DNA of 64,000 bases, taken from an uncultured Thermoplasmata archaeon (lineage in GTDB: Archaea > Thermoplasmatota > Thermoplasmata > RBG-16-68-12). The notes under the pieces are model-generated. The model was not told the DNA's origin and searched no databases. It was given only the letters and a program-made list of their open reading frames with translations. Of the stretch, positions 15,218-25,648 are shown in pieces; position 1 is the stretch's first letter, and the number at the start of each line of letters is the position of its first letter. Position numbers and translations under genes: made by a program. The stretch is from positions 160,001 to 224,000 of the forward strand of contig CAVYJM010000006.1 in NCBI GenBank assembly GCA_963768855.1, in the 5' to 3' direction.

Positions 15218-15838
15218 ATGGACGCGTTCTTCGACCAGCGCCTGATCGGCCAGATGCGGAACTTCGGGTATCTCCTCGGCGATCCGACGAAGAAGGTCGC
15301 CGCCGTGATCGACCCGAGCTTCGACGCGCGCATCCTTCAGCAGGTCGCCCGCGAGAACGGCTACTCGATCGATATCATCTTCAACACGCACCACCACCCC
15401 GACCACATCTTCGACAACGAGCGCCTGGCGGACGAGACGGGCGGGAAGGTCGCGGCCCACGAGCTGAGCATGGCCCGCAAGGACGTCATCCTCCACGACG
15501 GCGACATCGTGAAGGTCGGAGAGCTGAAGGTGAAGGTCGTGCACACGCCGGGCCATTCGCCGGATTCGTGCTGCTTCATCGTCGCGGGCCGGGTCTTCAC
15601 CGGGGACTGCCTGTTCGTCGGGGATTGCGGCCGCACGGACCTACCCGGATCGGACGTCCGGCAGATGTACGAATCCCTGTTCAACAAGGTCCGGAAGATG
15701 GACGACGATCTCGTCGTCTGCCCGGGACATCACTACGGCAAGACGCCGACGTCGACGATCGGCCGGGAGAAGAAGACGAACTACGTGCTCCAGCCGCGGA
15801 GCGTGGACGAGTTCGTCGAGTTTATGCAGACGCCTTAG
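15218..15838 (+). CDS. MBL-fold metallo-hydrolase (glyoxalase II/ETHE1-like)
   Basis: THHHPDH, HTPGHSPD, FTGDCLF, PGHHY. Confidence 0.92.
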   Translation: MDAFFDQRLIGQMRNFGYLLGDPTKKVAAVIDPSFDARILQQVARENGYSIDIIFNTHHHPDHIFDNERLADETGGKVAAHELSMARKDVILHDGDIVKVGELKVKVVHTPGHSPDSCCFIVAGRVFTGDCLFVGDCGRTDLPGSDVRQMYESLFNKVRKMDDDLVVCPGHHYGKTPTSTIGREKKTNYVLQPRSVDEFVEFMQTP

Positions 15839-18249
15839 CCGGACGCGATTTCCGCCTCAACAGGCGGTGCTTCGGTCTTCTTCTTTCGGGCGGGGGCCCT
15901 CTTCCTAGCAGGCTTCTTCGGCGCGCCCCCCGCCGGTTTCGAGGCGGCCTTCTTCCGCTTTCCGTTCTTCGCGGGACACTCCATGTTCAGGCACAGGATC
16001 CACGGCGGGCGGCCGCGCATGATGACCTTGACGACGGGGTGGCCGCAGGCCTTGCACCGGTCTGGCGTCGGAAGGATGAGGCCGCGGGACGGAAGCGGAT
16101 ACGAGTTCTTGCAGTCCGGGTAGCTCGTGCAGCCGACGAACCGCTTGCCGTAGGAACCGTGCCGGATGGTCAGTTCACCGGTGCCGCACTTGTCGCACTT
16201 GCCGATGAAGTTCTTTTCCCGCACGGTCGGGCAGTCCGAGGCGACGCAGAGCAGCGTCTCCCGCCCGCGGTCCGTGAGCTTGATCATCGGCGAGCCGCAC
16301 TCGGGGCAGATCTGCGCAGCGCTCTCGAGGAGGCCCATCTGCGGGAGCGGGTGCGTGTTGCGGCACAGGGGGTAGCGGTCGCAGCCGAGGAATCGCGTGC
16401 CCCGCCGCGAGCGGATGACCACGAGGTTGCCCTCCTTGCAGACGTTGCACTTCCCGATGTAGTTCTGCTCGCGCAGGGCGGAGGCGATCTCCTGGCCGAT
16501 CGCCTCGCGGTTCTTCTCGAGGGTCTCGAGGATCTCCGTGAGCATCTCCTGGGAGTTCTGGACGACGACTCTGGGCTCGAGGACGCCGCGGGCGATGCTC
16601 TCCATCTCCGCCTCGAGGTGGGCCGTCATCTCTGGCTGGGTGATGCGCGCCGCATGGTCCTCAAGAGCCTGGATCACCGCGCGCCCGCCGATCGTCGGCT
16701 TGGGGTATTTGCCCTCGATGAACTTGCGGTCGTAGAGCTTTTTGATGATCTCGTGCCGCGTCGACTTCGTGCCGAGGCCGAGCCTCTCCATCTCCTGGAT
16801 CAGGCTGCCTTCCGAATATCGGGCGGGAGGCTTCGTGCGGTCCGCGTGGACGTCCACGGGTCCGACCCGATCGAGCTGCTCCTGGACCACGAGGGTGGGC
16901 AGGGATGCCTCGCGCACCTGCCAGTAGGGATAGTACTTGCGCCAGCCCAGGGACCGCATCACGTAGCCCTGGGCCTTGAACGCCTGCCCCGCGAGGTCGA
17001 TCCTCGCCTCCGACGCCAAGGCGACCGCGTTCGGCGCGACCGTCGCGAAGAAGCGGCGGACGACGAGCTCGTAGATCCGCCAGTGGTCGTCGCGCTTGAC
17101 CTTCTCCCGCGTGGCGCCCGCCACCGGGTAGATGGGCGGGTGGTCCGTGGCCTGCGTGCGTCCGCGGCTCGGGCGGATGTGCTCCTGAGCGGCGAGCTCG
17201 CGCGCCTCCGCGGCGAACGGCGACTCGGCGAGCTTCTCGAGGACGGAGCGCAGGTTGACCGTCGAGGGATAGACGGTGTTGTCCGTGCGGGGATAGGAGA
17301 TGTAGCCGCCCTGGTAGAGGTCCTCCGCGATCTTCATCGCCTGGGCGGCGCCGAAGCCGAGCCGGTTCGCCTCCGCCACGAACATCGTCGTGTTGAAGGG
17401 CGGCGGGGGATGCTCCTCGCGCTCGTTCTGGATGTACTCGAGGACGGTGCCCTTGGACGCGGTCTCGGCCTGCGCCTTGGCCGCCTCGGCCTCCTTATGC
17501 GCCCAGTACGGCCCATGCTCGTGGTCCGCCTCGAACTCGGCGGGCTTGCCCTCGACCGTCTTGGAGAACTTGGCGTGGAGCGTCCAGTAGTCCTCCGGGA
17601 CGAAGTCCTCGATCACCCGCTCGCGGTCCACGACGAGGGCGAGCGTCGGGCTCTGGACGCGGCCGACGGACAGGAAGTCCTTCCCGACCTGCTTCGAGGC
17701 GAGGGACAGGAACCGCGTGAGGACGGCGCCCCAGGCGAGGTCGAGAGACTGCCGAGACTCCGCGGCGGCCGCAAGAGGGAAGTCGACCTCGGCGAGCTCG
17801 TTGAACGCGCGCTCGATGTCCCACTTCGTGAGGGCGCTGAACCGTGCGCGCTTGACGGCGACCTTCGGATTCGCGGAGCGGATGATCTCGAGGGCCTCGA
17901 CCCCGATCAGTTCGCCTTCTCGGTCGAAGTCCGTCGCGATGATGACCTCGTCCGCCTGGGATCCGAGGGTCTTGAGTGCCGCGGCGATCTTCCCCGCGGT
18001 CACGACCTTCTCCTGGTCGGCCCAGATCAGTTCCTTGAGGTCCGTCCGCTGCCAGTCGTTGAGGGCCGCGGGATAGTCCAGGTTGATGATGTGTCCGCGG
18101 AGGCCGACGACCTGGTACCGGTCGTCCCCCTTGGGCCACTCGAAGACCGTGGCGCCGTCCACGTAGGCGCGTTTTGCCTTCCCGTCGCTGAGGATGGTGG
18201 CGATGCGCACCGCTGCGTTGAACTTCTCCGTCACGATGAGTTGCCGCAC
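15835..18249 (-). CDS. topA: DNA topoisomerase I (type IA) with C-terminal zinc ribbons
   Basis: TOPRIM (VTEK, ATDFDREGE), GRVQSPTL, ISYPRTD catalytic Tyr, several C4 ribbons. Confidence 0.97.
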   Translation of the reverse strand: MRQLIVTEKFNAAVRIATILSDGKAKRAYVDGATVFEWPKGDDRYQVVGLRGHIINLDYPAALNDWQRTDLKELIWADQEKVVTAGKIAAALKTLGSQADEVIIATDFDREGELIGVEALEIIRSANPKVAVKRARFSALTKWDIERAFNELAEVDFPLAAAAESRQSLDLAWGAVLTRFLSLASKQVGKDFLSVGRVQSPTLALVVDRERVIEDFVPEDYWTLHAKFSKTVEGKPAEFEADHEHGPYWAHKEAEAAKAQAETASKGTVLEYIQNEREEHPPPPFNTTMFVAEANRLGFGAAQAMKIAEDLYQGGYISYPRTDNTVYPSTVNLRSVLEKLAESPFAAEARELAAQEHIRPSRGRTQATDHPPIYPVAGATREKVKRDDHWRIYELVVRRFFATVAPNAVALASEARIDLAGQAFKAQGYVMRSLGWRKYYPYWQVREASLPTLVVQEQLDRVGPVDVHADRTKPPARYSEGSLIQEMERLGLGTKSTRHEIIKKLYDRKFIEGKYPKPTIGGRAVIQALEDHAARITQPEMTAHLEAEMESIARGVLEPRVVVQNSQEMLTEILETLEKNREAIGQEIASALREQNYIGKCNVCKEGNLVVIRSRRGTRFLGCDRYPLCRNTHPLPQMGLLESAAQICPECGSPMIKLTDRGRETLLCVASDCPTVREKNFIGKCDKCGTGELTIRHGSYGKRFVGCTSYPDCKNSYPLPSRGLILPTPDRCKACGHPVVKVIMRGRPPWILCLNMECPAKNGKRKKAASKPAGGAPKKPARKRAPARKKKTEAPPVEAEIASG

Positions 18250-18366
18250 GACTCTCGTCGCACGCGGGGGGACTTATTTAACGATTTGGGGGTGAGTCGC
18301 GGACCTCGCTGCTCTCCATGTGCGGAAGCGTTTCTCCACGCGCGCACGCGCGTTTTTGCCGCGCGC

Positions 18367-19731
18367 TCACGAGGCCTTGGTCGTGAGCAGGAACGCGTCC
18401 ATCGCAAGGGCCGCGCGCTTGCCCGCCGCCATCGCGTGCACGACGCTCGCGCCGCCGCCCGCGTAGACGCCGGGGCGCTTCGTCGCGCCCGTCTCGGGAT
18501 CGGCTTGGAGGGTGCCGTCCTTCGCGAGCTTGACCTCCAGGTCCTTCGGCAGGATCTCGAGGTCCGCCTCTTGGCTCACGGCCAGGATCGCGGCATCGCA
18601 CTTCACGGTGATCGGCGGCGTGTTCGTCGGCACGGGCCGGCGTCGTCCGCTTTCGTCGGGCGGTCCGAGCTCCATCTGCTGGAGTTCGATCCCTTCGAGA
18701 CGCTTCGTGCCGAGGAAGCGCTTCGGCGCGACGAGGAACTGGAACTTCACGCCCTCGTCCATGGCCTCCTTGACCTCCTGGTCGTCCGCGGGCATCTCCT
18801 CGCGGCTCCGGCGGTACAGGATCGTGACCTCCTCCGCGCCATGGCGGAAGGCGGAGCGCGCGGAGTCCATCGCGACGTCGCCGCCCCCGATGACGACGAC
18901 CTTGGGCCGGATCGACTTGCGCTCGCCGCGCTTGGATTCCTTGAGGTACTTCAGCGCGGAGTACACGCCGTCGAGGTCCTCGCCGGGGATGCCCAGGCCG
19001 CGGGACTTGTGCGTCCCGATGCTCACGAAGACGGCATCGAACTCGAGGAGCAGGTCGTCCAGGTTGAGCTCACTCGGGAACTCGGCGTGGAAGACGAAGT
19101 GAACGGGGAGGTTCGCGAACCGCGCCATGTCCTCCTGGAACGTCTCGTCCGTGAGGCGATAGGCGGGGATCGTCCCGGACATCAGGCCGCCGAGGCGGTC
19201 CGAGGACTCGAAGACGGTCACGTCGTAACCGCGCTGGCCGAGGACCCATGCGTTCATCAGGCCCGCGGGGCCGCCCCCAATCACCCCGATCTTCATCCCG
19301 TTCGTCGGGACGACGGGCGCGTACGGTTTCGCGGGGTCTGCGTACATCATCGCGGCCTGCTTGAGATGGCGGACCGCGATCGCCTCGCCGCGCTTCACGA
19401 TGGGGCAGACGCGCTCGCAGTAGTGGTAGCAGACGTCGCCGAGGCACGAGGCCAGGGGGTTGTCTCGCAGGATCAGGTCGCGGGCGCCGTTGAAGTCCTC
19501 GGCGGCCATGAGCTTGATGTAGCCGCGCGCGTCCTGGTGGATCGGGCACTCCTCCATGCACCACGGCTTGCCGCACTGGATGCATCGCTGGGCCTCGATG
19601 AGGGCCTCCTCGCGGGTGTAGGGGATGAGGGCCTCGATGAACGCGCCGCGCCGCTCCATCGGATCGTTCTCGTGGATGGGCGTGCGCTTCGGGTTCAGTG
19701 GCTTCTTCTTGGGGGGCGCCTGCTCGGGCAT
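18367..19731 (-). CDS. GltD/SudA-like FAD- and NAD(P)-dependent Fe-S oxidoreductase
   Basis: RCIQC..PWC..ECP, C..VC...CE..C, GGGPAG, GGGDVAMD. Confidence 0.9.
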   Translation of the reverse strand: MPEQAPPKKKPLNPKRTPIHENDPMERRGAFIEALIPYTREEALIEAQRCIQCGKPWCMEECPIHQDARGYIKLMAAEDFNGARDLILRDNPLASCLGDVCYHYCERVCPIVKRGEAIAVRHLKQAAMMYADPAKPYAPVVPTNGMKIGVIGGGPAGLMNAWVLGQRGYDVTVFESSDRLGGLMSGTIPAYRLTDETFQEDMARFANLPVHFVFHAEFPSELNLDDLLLEFDAVFVSIGTHKSRGLGIPGEDLDGVYSALKYLKESKRGERKSIRPKVVVIGGGDVAMDSARSAFRHGAEEVTILYRRSREEMPADDQEVKEAMDEGVKFQFLVAPKRFLGTKRLEGIELQQMELGPPDESGRRRPVPTNTPPITVKCDAAILAVSQEADLEILPKDLEVKLAKDGTLQADPETGATKRPGVYAGGGASVVHAMAAGKRAALAMDAFLLTTKAS

Positions 19732-19846
19732 GGAAATCGTCTCCCTGTCGGCCCGAGGGACCCATGAACACTCCGAAAGGAGAGTAATAACAATGCGGAC
19801 TCGTGCAGGCCGACCCCACCGTTACCGTTCCGCGCTTCCCGAGCCG

Positions 19847-20509
19847 CTACGCGGACCGTCCCTTCTCGAACGCGTCGCGGAGTTCCTCCGCGGCGTGTCG
19901 CGGGTCCGGTGCGTCCATGATCGCCGAGACCACTGCGACGCCGGCGATGCCGTGCCGCGCGAGCTGCCGCGCTCGCTCCTCGGTGATGCCGCCGATCGCG
20001 AATACGGGCAGGCGGGTGCGACGCACCACCAGGTCGAGGAGATGCAGGGGGAACTCGGGCTCCTCGGGCTTCGTCGGGCTCGGGAAGAATGGTCCGATTC
20101 CGAGGTAGTCCGCGCCGGCGGCCTCCGCGCTCTGCTCCTCCCCGGGCTTTCCGTAGACCGTGACCCCCACCAATGCCGCAGGTCCCAGGAGCGCGCGCGC
20201 GATTCGCGGCGAGGGGTCGTCCCGGCCCACATGCACGCCGTCCGCCGCTAGGCGCTTCGCGAGCTGCGGGTCATCGTTCACGAGGAGAGGCACATTGCGC
20301 TGGTGGCAGAGATCCTTCAGCGCGTTGCACACGTCCTGCCGTTCCGCGTCGGAGTACTGGCCCTTGTCGCGGAACTGGACGAGGGAGACCCCGCCTTCGA
20401 GCGCGGCCTCCACCGTGGACACGAGGGCGGACACGGGCCGTTTCGGCGACGTCACGAGGTAGACGCCGCTCAGCTTCCACTTCTCGCGTCGACCCGGCTC
20501 CGCGCTCAG
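19847..20509 (-). CDS. thiE: Thiamine-phosphate synthase
   Basis: VQFRDK, LVND, ADGVHVGRDD, DYLGIGP.FPSPTK, AIGGI; probable CTG start overlapping the upstream TGA. Confidence 0.93.
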   Translation of the reverse strand: MSAEPGRREKWKLSGVYLVTSPKRPVSALVSTVEAALEGGVSLVQFRDKGQYSDAERQDVCNALKDLCHQRNVPLLVNDDPQLAKRLAADGVHVGRDDPSPRIARALLGPAALVGVTVYGKPGEEQSAEAAGADYLGIGPFFPSPTKPEEPEFPLHLLDLVVRRTRLPVFAIGGITEERARQLARHGIAGVAVVSAIMDAPDPRHAAEELRDAFEKGRSA

Positions 20510-21570
20510 ACGATCTCCCCAGACAGGGCCCGGCTGAAGGCGACCCAGAAGGGATCTCGCTCCGCCGGCCCGAAGGCCGCGCCCCGGTCCCTGCACGGGC
20601 CGCCCCGCTTCGTGAAGGCCCCGACGTCCACGGCAAGGATTCCCTTGCGCTTCAACCTCGCGATGACCCGCTCGCTCGAGTCCGGATGGACCGCCAGGAG
20701 GAGCGTGCCCTCGCTGATCGCGTCGAGCGGCTCCATGCCGAAGACCCGGCAGACCTCGACCACGGCTGGGTCGATGGGCACCTTGGTCAGGTCCACGTCG
20801 ACCCCCAAGCGCGACGCCTGGGACATCTCCCAGACCGCGTTCCGCACGCCGCCTTCCGTGGCGTCGTGCATCGCCCAGACGCCGTCGTTGCGGAGGCCTG
20901 CGGCGGCGACGGCGGTGAGCGCGTCGTCGACGGTGCTCATCGAGTCGAAGAGGGCCTTCGCCTGCGCGGTCCTCTCCGGGGAGAGGTGCCGCGAGGTAAT
21001 CTCACCGAACGTGTTCGCGAGGATGGCGGTGGCCTCGAGAGCCGCGGTCTTCGTGACGAGGAGGCGGTTTCCCGGCCGTGCCATGTCCGAGGTCACCCAG
21101 CCGTCCTTCGCGGCGATCGCGAGGAACGTGGCCCCGCCGACCATGGGGTAGTTGCAGCCTTCATACCGCCCCGTGTGCCCCGTCACGATTGCGGTGCCAT
21201 ACTTCCTTGCCTCGCGGTCCATGACCTTCAGCATCGCCTCGATCTGGTCGTCCTCGATGTCCATCGGGAGGTTCCAGTCCATCGTCGCGTACTGTGGCGC
21301 CACGCCCGAGGTCGCGAGGTCGGATGCCAGGATGTGGAAGGCGAACCAGGCGGCCCGCTCCCAGCCGTACGGCGGGACGATGTAGATCGGGTCCGTCGTC
21401 GAGATGAGCGCCCGGCCGTCCGGGAGACGCACAACCCCCACGTCGACGCCGTTCGCGGGCCCCTTCGCGATGTCCTTGCGCCTCGCCCCGAGCCGATGGG
21501 AGATCACGTTCTCGAAGAAGGCGCGGCTGATCTTGCCCATGGGATACTTGGGCTTCGGCACGTCCGTCAT
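20506..21570 (-). CDS. AIR synthase (PurM/HypE/ThiL) superfamily protein
   Basis: GP..GVDVG, TTDP, SDLATSG, GHTG, MHDATEGG, ISEGTLL. Confidence 0.85.
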   Translation of the reverse strand: MTDVPKPKYPMGKISRAFFENVISHRLGARRKDIAKGPANGVDVGVVRLPDGRALISTTDPIYIVPPYGWERAAWFAFHILASDLATSGVAPQYATMDWNLPMDIEDDQIEAMLKVMDREARKYGTAIVTGHTGRYEGCNYPMVGGATFLAIAAKDGWVTSDMARPGNRLLVTKTAALEATAILANTFGEITSRHLSPERTAQAKALFDSMSTVDDALTAVAAAGLRNDGVWAMHDATEGGVRNAVWEMSQASRLGVDVDLTKVPIDPAVVEVCRVFGMEPLDAISEGTLLLAVHPDSSERVIARLKRKGILAVDVGAFTKRGGPCRDRGAAFGPAERDPFWVAFSRALSGEIV

Positions 21571-21612
21571 GGTCCGGGAGACTCCTCAGGGTCCCCGGGC
21601 TGAAAAGCTCCT

Positions 21613-21703
21613 GGTGTTCCCTACGCCCGCATGACCGGGATCAGGTTCCAAGGGTCTATCCCTCACTCGGGATACTCTCAGCCCTTCTGGGCTCCCCGAG
21701 AGA
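21613..21703 (-). ncRNA. TPP (thi-box) riboswitch
   Basis: Minus strand GGGGAGCCC..GGGCUGAGA..P3a UAUCCC/GGGAUA..ACCCUUGGAACCUGAUCCCGGUCAUGCGGGCGUAGGGAA fits the TPP consensus and lies upstream of a thiE operon. Confidence 0.92.
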
Positions 21704-21827
21704 AGCATGCCGGAGGGCTACTTGAACGTTCCCCGCATCGGAGCCTAGGCATGCGGGCGGTTCACGTCCGTCATACAGACCTTACGGAAAGTACCTAAGT
21801 CGCCAGCTAGATTTCGGTGGCCGAGGG

Positions 21828-22265
21828 ATGTCTGTGGAGGATGTCACCGCCTATCGGATGAGGCATCGGCTTCGGGCTTGGACGCGGCAGCGCCGGAGGT
21901 GGCTGGCCGTGGCGGTCGTGATGGTGGCCGTCGTCCTCGCTGGAGCATTTGTTTTCGAGGTGACGCAGCAACCACAAGTGGCGATCGATTCCTCTGCGAG
22001 CCAAGCGAACGCCAACATCTATGGCGTGGCCTACATTACGGTGTGGTTCACCCTCACAAACTCGGGGCAGGTGGACGGGATTGCGACCGTCAACTTGGTT
22101 GTGGTGAAGGACACACTGCACTCAGTGGTCGCTCAAGAGCGCTATCTCGTGCCTGCTCACGCGAGCATGGACTTCCAGCTTTCAGTACCCTGGCCTTTCT
22201 ATCTCGGCTCGACCTCCGACCTTGGGTCCCCCTACGCCGATCTGGTATCCGTGGTCAAGGCCTGA
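21828..22265 (+). CDS. Single-TM anchored, beta-rich exported protein
   Basis: Basic N-terminus, one TM helix, then VWFTLTNSG..G.ATV.L Ig-like pattern. Confidence 0.65.
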   Translation: MSVEDVTAYRMRHRLRAWTRQRRRWLAVAVVMVAVVLAGAFVFEVTQQPQVAIDSSASQANANIYGVAYITVWFTLTNSGQVDGIATVNLVVVKDTLHSVVAQERYLVPAHASMDFQLSVPWPFYLGSTSDLGSPYADLVSVVKA

Positions 22266-22278
22266 GCAGGGTCGGACC

Positions 22279-23142
22279 TCAAGTCGTGGCCAGTAACTTC
22301 GCGATGTTCACCGGATAGTCCGCCACGGGCACGCCCGCGTCGTTGAAGGCCTTCACCTTGGACTCCGCGGTGCCCATATTGCCCTGGATGATCGCGCCCG
22401 CATGCCCCATCCGCTTCCCCGGCGGCGCGGTGCGACCGGCCACGTAGGCCACCACGGGCTTCGTGACGTTCCGTTGGATGTACGCGGCCGCCTCCTCCTC
22501 GGCGGTGCCGCCAATCTCGCCCACGACGACGATGCGCTTCGTCTTCCGGTCTCCCTGGAACAGCTCGAGGGCCTCGTGGGTGTTCGTCCCGATGATCGGA
22601 TCCCCGCCGATCCCGACGCAGGTGGACTGCCCGAACCCCGCCTGGGTCATCGCATTGACGATTTCATAGGTCAGGGTGCCGCTGCGGCTGATCACGCCGC
22701 AGTCGCCGGGCTTGAAGATGTGGCTGGGCATGATTCCCAGCTTCGACTCCGCGGGCGTGATGATCCCGGGGCAGTTCGGCCCGATCACGACGGCGCCCTT
22801 CGTCCGCGCGTAGGGGATGAACTCGAGGGTGTCGTGGAACGGGATGCGCTCCGTGATGATCACGACGAGCTTGAGGCCCGCCTCCATCGCCTCGATCGCC
22901 GCGTCCTTCGTGAACGGTGCGGGGACGAAGATGATCGACGCGTTCGCTCGCTTCTTGTCCACGGCCTGCTGCACGCTGTCGAAGACCGGGACGCCCTCGA
23001 CCTTCGTCCCGCCCTTTCCCGGAGAGCATCCGGCCACGACCTTCGTGCCGAAGTCGAGCATCGCGCGGGTGTGGAACTGGCCCTGGTGGCCCGTGATGCC
23101 CTGTACGACGACGCGCGAGCGCTTCGTGAGGAGGACGGCCAT
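22279..23142 (-). CDS. sucD: Succinyl-CoA ligase alpha subunit
   Basis: [27 protein letters not shown]. Confidence 0.97.
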   Translation of the reverse strand: MAVLLTKRSRVVVQGITGHQGQFHTRAMLDFGTKVVAGCSPGKGGTKVEGVPVFDSVQQAVDKKRANASIIFVPAPFTKDAAIEAMEAGLKLVVIITERIPFHDTLEFIPYARTKGAVVIGPNCPGIITPAESKLGIMPSHIFKPGDCGVISRSGTLTYEIVNAMTQAGFGQSTCVGIGGDPIIGTNTHEALELFQGDRKTKRIVVVGEIGGTAEEEAAAYIQRNVTKPVVAYVAGRTAPPGKRMGHAGAIIQGNMGTAESKVKAFNDAGVPVADYPVNIAKLLATT

Positions 23143-23143
23143 C

Positions 23144-24253
23144 TCAGCTCCCCCCTTTCTTGACTTTGACGGCGAGCTCCGCGGCCTCCTCCATCGTCTC
23201 CGCGGGATACATCCCGACGCCCCGCAGGATCTCCTTGGCCTGGTCCTCGTTCACGCCCTTGATCCGCGCGACGACGGGCACGTCCGCGTGCATGACCTCC
23301 AACGCCTTCTTCACGCCGAGGGCGACCGTGTCCGCCTTCGTGATGCCGCCGAAGATGTTCAGCAGGATGACGGAGGGGTGGGCCTTGAGCAGGATCTCGA
23401 ACGCCTGCGCGACCTTCTCCGGGTCGTCCGTGCCGCCGAGGTCCAGGAACGTGCCGCCCTTCCCGCCCTTCAGGTTCAGGACGTCCAGCGTCGCCATCGT
23501 CAGCCCGGCGCCGTTCGCGATCACGCCGATGTCCCCGTCGAGCTGGATGAACGTGATCCCCTTCTCGTGCGCCTCCTCTTCGAGGGGGGTCCGGTCCTGG
23601 TCCAGCTTCGCGTACTCCAGGTGACGGAACTCCGCGTTGTCGTCGACGACGAGCTTCGCGTCCCCGGCCACGACCTTCCCGCCCTTCGTGACGACGAGCG
23701 GGTTGATCTCGACGAGCTCCGCGTCCTCCTTGCGGAAGAGCTCGTACGCCTTGCGCGCGATGTCCTCGACCTGGTCCCCGACGTGGTCCGCGAGGCCGAG
23801 CTTCGTCACGAGCGTCCGCAGGACGTACGGCTGGAGGCCGATCAGGGTGGGGATGTGCTGCATGAAGAGCTGGTCGTGCGGGACGCTCTCGATCTCCACC
23901 CCGCCCATCGCGCTGGCGATCATGAGCGGCTCTCGCGCGGAGCGGTCGATCGTGAAGCTGAGGTAGAGTTCCTTGTCGATGTCGAGGCGCTCCTCGAGGT
24001 AGACCATCTTCACCTTGTAGCCCTTGATGTCCATGCCGAGGATCTGCGAGGCGACGGAATGGGCTTCCTCGATCGTCTCCGCGGGTTTGATGCCGCCCGC
24101 CTTGCCCCGTCCGCCGATGAGGACCTGGGCCTTGACCATGCACGGGAGGGACGGGTGGTGAATCTCCTCGGGCCGCCCCGCGACGACGCCCCGCGGGATC
24201 GGGATGCCGTACTTCGCGTAGATGGCCTTCGCCTTGTACTCGAGGAACTTCAT
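23144..24253 (-). CDS. sucC: Succinyl-CoA ligase beta subunit
   Basis: MKFLEYKAK, KAQVLIGGRGKAGG, EINPL, NGAGLTMAT, NIFGGIT. Confidence 0.96.
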   Translation of the reverse strand: MKFLEYKAKAIYAKYGIPIPRGVVAGRPEEIHHPSLPCMVKAQVLIGGRGKAGGIKPAETIEEAHSVASQILGMDIKGYKVKMVYLEERLDIDKELYLSFTIDRSAREPLMIASAMGGVEIESVPHDQLFMQHIPTLIGLQPYVLRTLVTKLGLADHVGDQVEDIARKAYELFRKEDAELVEINPLVVTKGGKVVAGDAKLVVDDNAEFRHLEYAKLDQDRTPLEEEAHEKGITFIQLDGDIGVIANGAGLTMATLDVLNLKGGKGGTFLDLGGTDDPEKVAQAFEILLKAHPSVILLNIFGGITKADTVALGVKKALEVMHADVPVVARIKGVNEDQAKEILRGVGMYPAETMEEAAELAVKVKKGGS

Positions 24254-24364
24254 GGGAGACCGGCCGGCCCATGGCTCCGGCGTGATTAAGCTTTGGCGTG
24301 GGCCGCGCAGGGGGGCTCCGGACAGGTAGGATTTTGACCCTCTCGGTCCTCCCGCCGCACGACC

Positions 24365-25570
24365 ATGGAACGGGGGACCTCGGATTCCGACCGGCCGGCC
24401 GCGCCTCGAGCCCGGCTCGTCTTCGCCTGGCTGTTCGTCGGCTCGACCGCCGCGTCGTACGGCGTCTTCCTCCTTGCCCTCCTCTCCTTCCTCGTCGTCT
24501 CGGGCCTCGGGTTCACCGAGGCGACGCTCGGCGCGGCGATGGCGGCCCTGGACATCGGCGGATTCGCGAGTCCCTTCATCGCGGGGATCTTCGCGGACCG
24601 GGCAGGTTTGAAGCCGGTCAGCCTGGCCGGACTCGGATGCGTCGCTGCGGGCGCCTTCCTGTCCGGAATCTCCCCCACGGTCCTCCCCTTCATCGCGGGC
24701 CAGTTCCTGCTCGGGGCGGGCCTCGCGATGTTCGGCGTCATGGCGTATGCCTGGATCAACGAGAGCCTGGGCGAGCGGAGGGGAGCCTTCCTCGGGGTCT
24801 ACGTCGTGTCCATCGCCCTCGGCCTCGGAGTCGCGGGCCTCACGGTCGCGTTCCTCCTCCCCCTGGCGCCCTCCTGGAGGACGTACTACCTCCTCGCGGC
24901 CATCCTGGCGATCGTCCCGATGGGCGCCCTGGCCGTCTTCCTCCCGCGGGGCATGGGCGTCCCGCTGCGGCCCAAGGACATCCGGAAGGCCCTGCGGAAT
25001 CGGGACGTTCAGTGGATCGCGGGACTCCAGTTCCTCGTGGGCTTCGGCTGGAGTGCCTACAGCTGGCTGCCCTTCTTCCTCGCGGTGGTCCAGGGGCTCG
25101 ACCTGAGGGTCGCGGTCCTCCTCTTCGTCGGGAGCGCGGCCGTGTGGGCCGCTTCCGGCGTGCTCTTTGGCCGGATCGCGGACCGCGGATGGTCCCGCTC
25201 CCTGATCGTCCTCGGCGGGCTGGCCACGGGGATCGCCTACGCGGGCGTCTTTGTCGCCAGGGACCTCACGCTCTCCGCCGTCTGTCTCCTCGTCTTCGCG
25301 TTCTTCTGGCCCTGCGGCTCCCTGATCCCGATCACGTTCCTGGGACAGCGCCTGGGCCCGAAGGCGCAGCGGACGGAGGTAGGGCTCCAGGAGAACATGT
25401 TCCTCTCGGGGGAGGGCGTCGGCGCGGCGCTCGCCGGCGTCCTGGCGGGAGTCTGGGGTCTCACCGCGGCCCTCTTCGTCGTCTCGACCTCGGGGACCCT
25501 CCTGGCGGCCCTCCTCTTCTTCGTGGCCTTCGGGATCGGGAGGGACGGGACGACCACGGCGGTCTCGTGA
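24365..25570 (+). CDS. MFS transporter
   Basis: About 12 TM helices; GIFADRAG and GRIADRGW motif-A repeats. Confidence 0.9.
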   Translation: MERGTSDSDRPAAPRARLVFAWLFVGSTAASYGVFLLALLSFLVVSGLGFTEATLGAAMAALDIGGFASPFIAGIFADRAGLKPVSLAGLGCVAAGAFLSGISPTVLPFIAGQFLLGAGLAMFGVMAYAWINESLGERRGAFLGVYVVSIALGLGVAGLTVAFLLPLAPSWRTYYLLAAILAIVPMGALAVFLPRGMGVPLRPKDIRKALRNRDVQWIAGLQFLVGFGWSAYSWLPFFLAVVQGLDLRVAVLLFVGSAAVWAASGVLFGRIADRGWSRSLIVLGGLATGIAYAGVFVARDLTLSAVCLLVFAFFWPCGSLIPITFLGQRLGPKAQRTEVGLQENMFLSGEGVGAALAGVLAGVWGLTAALFVVSTSGTLLAALLFFVAFGIGRDGTTTAVS

Positions 25571-25648
25571 TGGAGTTCGATCCGGTCCGGCGCAGAGGCG
25601 GCGAGTACGTACCAACGATTTTAGAGGTCGGGAGCGAGTGGGCCGCGC

